Assembly: GCA_905178155.1 (NCBI GenBank)
Contig: CAJINV010000009.1
Location: 1,423,907 to 1,487,906, forward strand
DNA: 64,000 nucleotides
Reading direction: 5' to 3'
Source of the DNA: Amoebophrya sp. A120
Lineage: Eukaryota; Protista; Dinoflagellata
Shown here: positions 60,001-64,000 of the stretch, piece by piece
Position numbering within the stretch: position 1 is the first letter of the stretch
Layout of the letters: every line of letters begins with the position of its first letter
The notes under the pieces: generated by a model
What the model was told of the DNA's origin: nothing
The model's database searches: none
Seen by the model: the letters and a program-made list of their open reading frames with translations, nothing else
Program-made: the position numbers and the translations under genes

Positions 60001-62927
60001 CGGACTGAACACCAGATCGCCCTCCAAGGCGGTAGGAAACTCCGCGTCCGTGGTGAATCCGATCGACGGGACGAACGCACTTCTGAGAAACCTGATTCCG
60101 GGCAAGGTATACATAGCAAAATGACGAACTTTTTTGATTCTACCGTAATAATCTGATCAACACAAACTTACAGGAGAATGACACGAGTGTGGCGCAAACG
60201 ATAATAAAAACAGTCATCGATGACTGATGAGTCATGTATTTAGAACAACATCGACGACAGAAACTTCGGCTAGGGAACAGCGGAGGCGGGACTAGTAGCA
60301 GCCAAGGTCTGCTGGAGTCGATGCAACTCGAGCCGGGCTTGCCCGAATTGCAGGAGATGGTGGCGACGTTGTGGAGCAGCACCCTGCAGACACTCTCCTC
60401 CGCGGTGCCGAGCTTTGTCACCCACATGCAAGACCGCCTGGCAAATCTGCAGAACAATTCTAGCGCGACGGTTGGAGCTGCTGGGAATGGGACCACGAAC
60501 AGTGCTGCTGGCGGAAGTTCGTCGGAATTTTCCGTCGAGGGATTCCAAAAGTTGAAACTGAACTTTTGTGGCGGAGAAATGCCGGAAGAGGTGGCTTTAA
60601 CCGATATTGCCGATAGCAGGAGCGGCACCACGGCAGAAGGAAACACAAAAGAAAACGCTCCCCAAAAGGGAGAGGATAAAACTCAAATATCGGAGCGCGC
60701 CGCAAAAACCATGTCACTGCAGGAGCTTCTCACCGGCAGCAGAAATGCAGCCACAGACGAGAGTCATAGTGCACCATCAAAAGATCATGCCCCCAGCACG
60801 ACCGAGACCAGTAAAGCAGCAACGGCAAGTAGAGCAAGTGCGGCCATGCATGGAACCACAGCAGCGGCATCGAAAACTAGGAAGAACAGGTCCAATTACA
60901 GTGTCACAATTGAGCAGATCCACCACAAGATCACGGCTGCGTTCCAGAATGCGCAAGTATACGCGGACACCACGTTTTCGCAGTTTCGCCGCATTTTCGA
61001 CTACGGTTTGAAGTGGAAGCCGGAAAAGGTGCAGTTGATGGAGAGCCATTTATTCTTCTTCAAAGAAATGAACCTGATGCGCAACTTCCAAGAGGACCTG
61101 GAGAAATTTCGCCCACACCACGTGGTTTCCTTCATTCTGCTGGACGCAAAGGTTCTGAAGACCGACATTCTGGTGCCAATCCCGCAGAAGGTGCTCGTCG
61201 TCATGAAGGAGTGCTTGCAGTTGATTGCGCGGAACATCTGCAAGCAAGCCGTGCAAACCTTCGATACCGCAAACAAGTCTCTGGAGATTCCAACGCAGTT
61301 TCTCTCCGCGGTCGGCACCGGGACGACCGCGACGGACCCAGCGACGTCTGACGGGTCCACCGCAGCAGCTCCGGCTGCGTTGCAGCAAAACCAAAAACAG
61401 CTCTCGCACCTCTTGCCCCACTACATGGACCACTTGAAGGTGTTGAAAAGGATGATCGAAAACAGCCGCGAGATGGACCACGAGAGGGAGCAGGCCGACG
61501 TGGTGTTCGCCTTTCTGCGCGGCTACACGAAGACCTCCATGGACGACCAATTGCTGCTCGAGCAGCTGCACACGAAGGCGGAGGAGCTGAGCTCGAGGCG
61601 CATCGTGCAGTCGTTCCAGTTCGTGAAGACCAACCGGTCGCGCATGCTGCAGGAGTTCGGCGCGCGCGTGCAGAAGGTGGAGGAGGACTGTGCGCACTTC
61701 ACGGAGGAACTGTCGAAAAACCTGTTCGTGAACGTGGAAGCGCTGACCGGGGGCATGCAGGACAACGTTTTGGCGGAATTGAAGCATCTGCACGACAAGT
61801 CCATCAATCCCCTCGAGGAGAAGGCGGACCAGTGCTTCGAATTTTCGCAGCTTTTCCACTGGAAGTACCGACCGCCCGTGACCAGCAACAGTCTGTGGGG
61901 TGCGGGCGGGGCAGCGGGACACAGTCCGGGAGCACCAGGCGGAGATCACAACATGATGCTGGGAAGCCCAGCCTCAGCGCACCACAACAACATTTTTGGG
62001 AGCACGACCAGAACCTTGTTGGAGTCGCCGTCCTCCCCGAAGAAAACGGAAAACCTGATCACGAAAAGTCTACTCGACGATTTGTACGACGATTTTGAGG
62101 ATTTGAGCGGAAACAACTTTGAAGGAGCGGAGGAGCTTTCCGCGAACCAGCCAGGGGACTTCGGGTCTTTTCGTCAGGGGGCTACGTCGCGCAGCGGGAA
62201 CAACGGGCAGCATAGTTCTTCGCAGAAGAGCAATAGCGCGTTGCCGGGCGGGAATGTCATCGTCGTTCCGGAGTTGAGTACCGAAGTTTTGCAGCGACTA
62301 AGGGACACGTTTGATGCGACAAAGCGTGTCTGGGAGCTCGCGGAAACGTGGGCGGTAAACGTCCAGAGCTGGCTGAATACGCCGTTTGTCACATCCCTGC
62401 TGCAGAACTTCGACCAGAATGTCGCGCAGAAATGCGAGGAGACGATGCGGCAAATCGACGACCTCCTGGAAATCGACAAAAATCTGGCAGCCTCCGGTAG
62501 CGGTGACCATTTTCAGCTCCAACTGGACCGAAAGTCGCAACGAAACAACACCAATGCGGCAGTCGGAAAGGAAAGGAGCTACACCGGTGGAAGCAGTAGT
62601 CCTGCGAGCAGAAATACGAGTCCTAGGCCGCTGACAAACCTGATCCTGGCGCTGAGAAAAGAGATGGAGAAGTGGACGGTCGAAAAGAACCCGACTCTGC
62701 TTTTACTAGCAAATATCGGTCCGCAGCAGGGAGCTGCTACCGGGCAACAATTCCCCCTCAGCTCGTCGAGCATCTGGGAGCACGTTTTCAAAGAGTGCGG
62801 GGTGCCGGCAAATTCCACCATAGCCGCACAAGTGCAGACCATTTCGCTGGCGAATTTGGAGAATTACGGCCTGTTTTGGAAAAAAAAGGACTTCTTGCAG
62901 CAAATTGCCCGGGATTACTCGTCCTAG
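57026..62927 (+). CDS. Axonemal dynein heavy chain (DNAH6-like) N-terminal tail homolog with low-complexity insertions; exons 57026-57559, 57710-60106, ~60261-62927
   Basis: FYDLVLV...EYFTISSTGVVH...ISLANWLHQR...KFFKNWRKYK..QIW resembles the DNAH6-type N-terminus, followed by helical tail sequence. GT-AG introns 57560-57709 and 60107-60260 (second acceptor uncertain). Confidence 0.65.
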
Positions 62928-64000
62928 AGCACATGACTTGTCTTGGGTCCACATTGCTTTTTTCATGTAACTGAGTTGCGTTTTACATTTACTGTTTCTG
63001 TTTCACTATTTGATAATATTTGTCGCTTCCTGAAGTTGTGGCTGAAAACGAATAAGCTCATCTTCCATCCCATATAAAGGAAGATCAACGAAGATGACTC
63101 TCTCCGCAAGTAGTTCCGCCAAATGACGAGTAAAGGGCATCGCCTACTGGAAAAGTAAAGACATGAATTATGTGCCGGAGAATCTATGTGCCGGAGAATC
63201 ATGAAGTTGAAGACTAGTAAACGAAAATTTAGAACATGAACAAATATTAGATGAAAAATCTATAGCAAGTAGAACCGGTGCTTTGACGCCATGCCCACGC
63301 TTTGGGCCTTGAACCTTTGACGCCATACCCAGGCAAGGAAAGAAAGAAAGCGCCGGTGCTGCGGTCAGAGCATACAGTAGATCGTGATCTCAAAAGTATC
63401 GCAAGAAGTGTATAAAAATGAATTCGAAAACTTGATGACCTACAGCAGTCTTGCTGATCGAAAAATGTAAAGAAATGACGTACAAGCTGCACGACTCCGA
63501 GATGGAAGACATATTACACCGCAGCTCGTACAAGTTCCATTTGATCCGATCGTAGAGAAATCAATCTGTGTTCATCGACTACTCACGACGTAAAATCACG
63601 CTTTTTTCATCTCGGCGCGAGCTTGTCTAGACGATCAAAGAAGGAGAATGAATTCGACGGCTCGCGGCCAAAGATAAGGAAGCAAGTTAGTAAAGACATT
63701 ACTGTGAAAAAAGTTCGAGTAGTGCTTTGTAGACCATACTAAACTAAGAAACTAAGTAGATGCCAGAGCCAGTTGGAATCGCGCTCGTCTAACGTTAGTG
63801 AAGCGCTTCGTAAAGCTAAAGCAAATACTATCTCAACTTTTTCTTTTTCGTTTCAAATCCGCTATCAAAAAGACCGTGACTGTTTGTAACTGAAACTGTA
63901 GGATTATAGAGACCCGTACAAACGAGATATCTTTTTTTCGGTATTTGTTTCTGTATGATTTTTGTAACAGAGAAGCTGAACAAGTACAAGCAAAAGAATG

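Noticed and set aside
60225-60230. Stop-codon reassignment/readthrough (reported for one Amoebophrya strain)
   Set aside because: Long ORFs elsewhere are stop-free under the standard code and end in TAA, TAG or TGA; an alternative acceptor removes these stops.

Overview
Eukaryotic, gene-dense window. Almost all genes are on the + strand, and short GT-AG introns are mixed with non-canonical inverted-repeat (introner-like) inserts. This architecture resembles the parasitic dinoflagellate Amoebophrya (inference, not verified). Host genes: two acidic low-complexity genes (1.4-7 kb), a ~2,400-aa secreted Cys-rich repeat protein split by two TIR inserts, a single-TM protein with FG-like repeats, a ~2,000-aa low-complexity protein, a multi-TM protein and a DNAH6-like dynein heavy-chain N-terminal gene that seems to stop before the motor. 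The centre is a transposon nest. A frameshifted APE-RT-RNaseH non-LTR retrotransposon (~29-33.7 kb) is followed by a 14.4-kb TIR element (33721-48155, 6-bp TSD GGCTGT) carrying a divergent, intron-split hAT-like transposase plus multi-exon cargo genes of unknown function, and then by a 1.1-kb MITE that also has a 6-bp TSD. Several small TA(T)...ATA-ended elements with 5-bp TSDs behave as introns: removing the element plus one TSD copy restores the reading frame. A TTTGT(C/G)ATGC motif recurs in introns and elements in both orientations.
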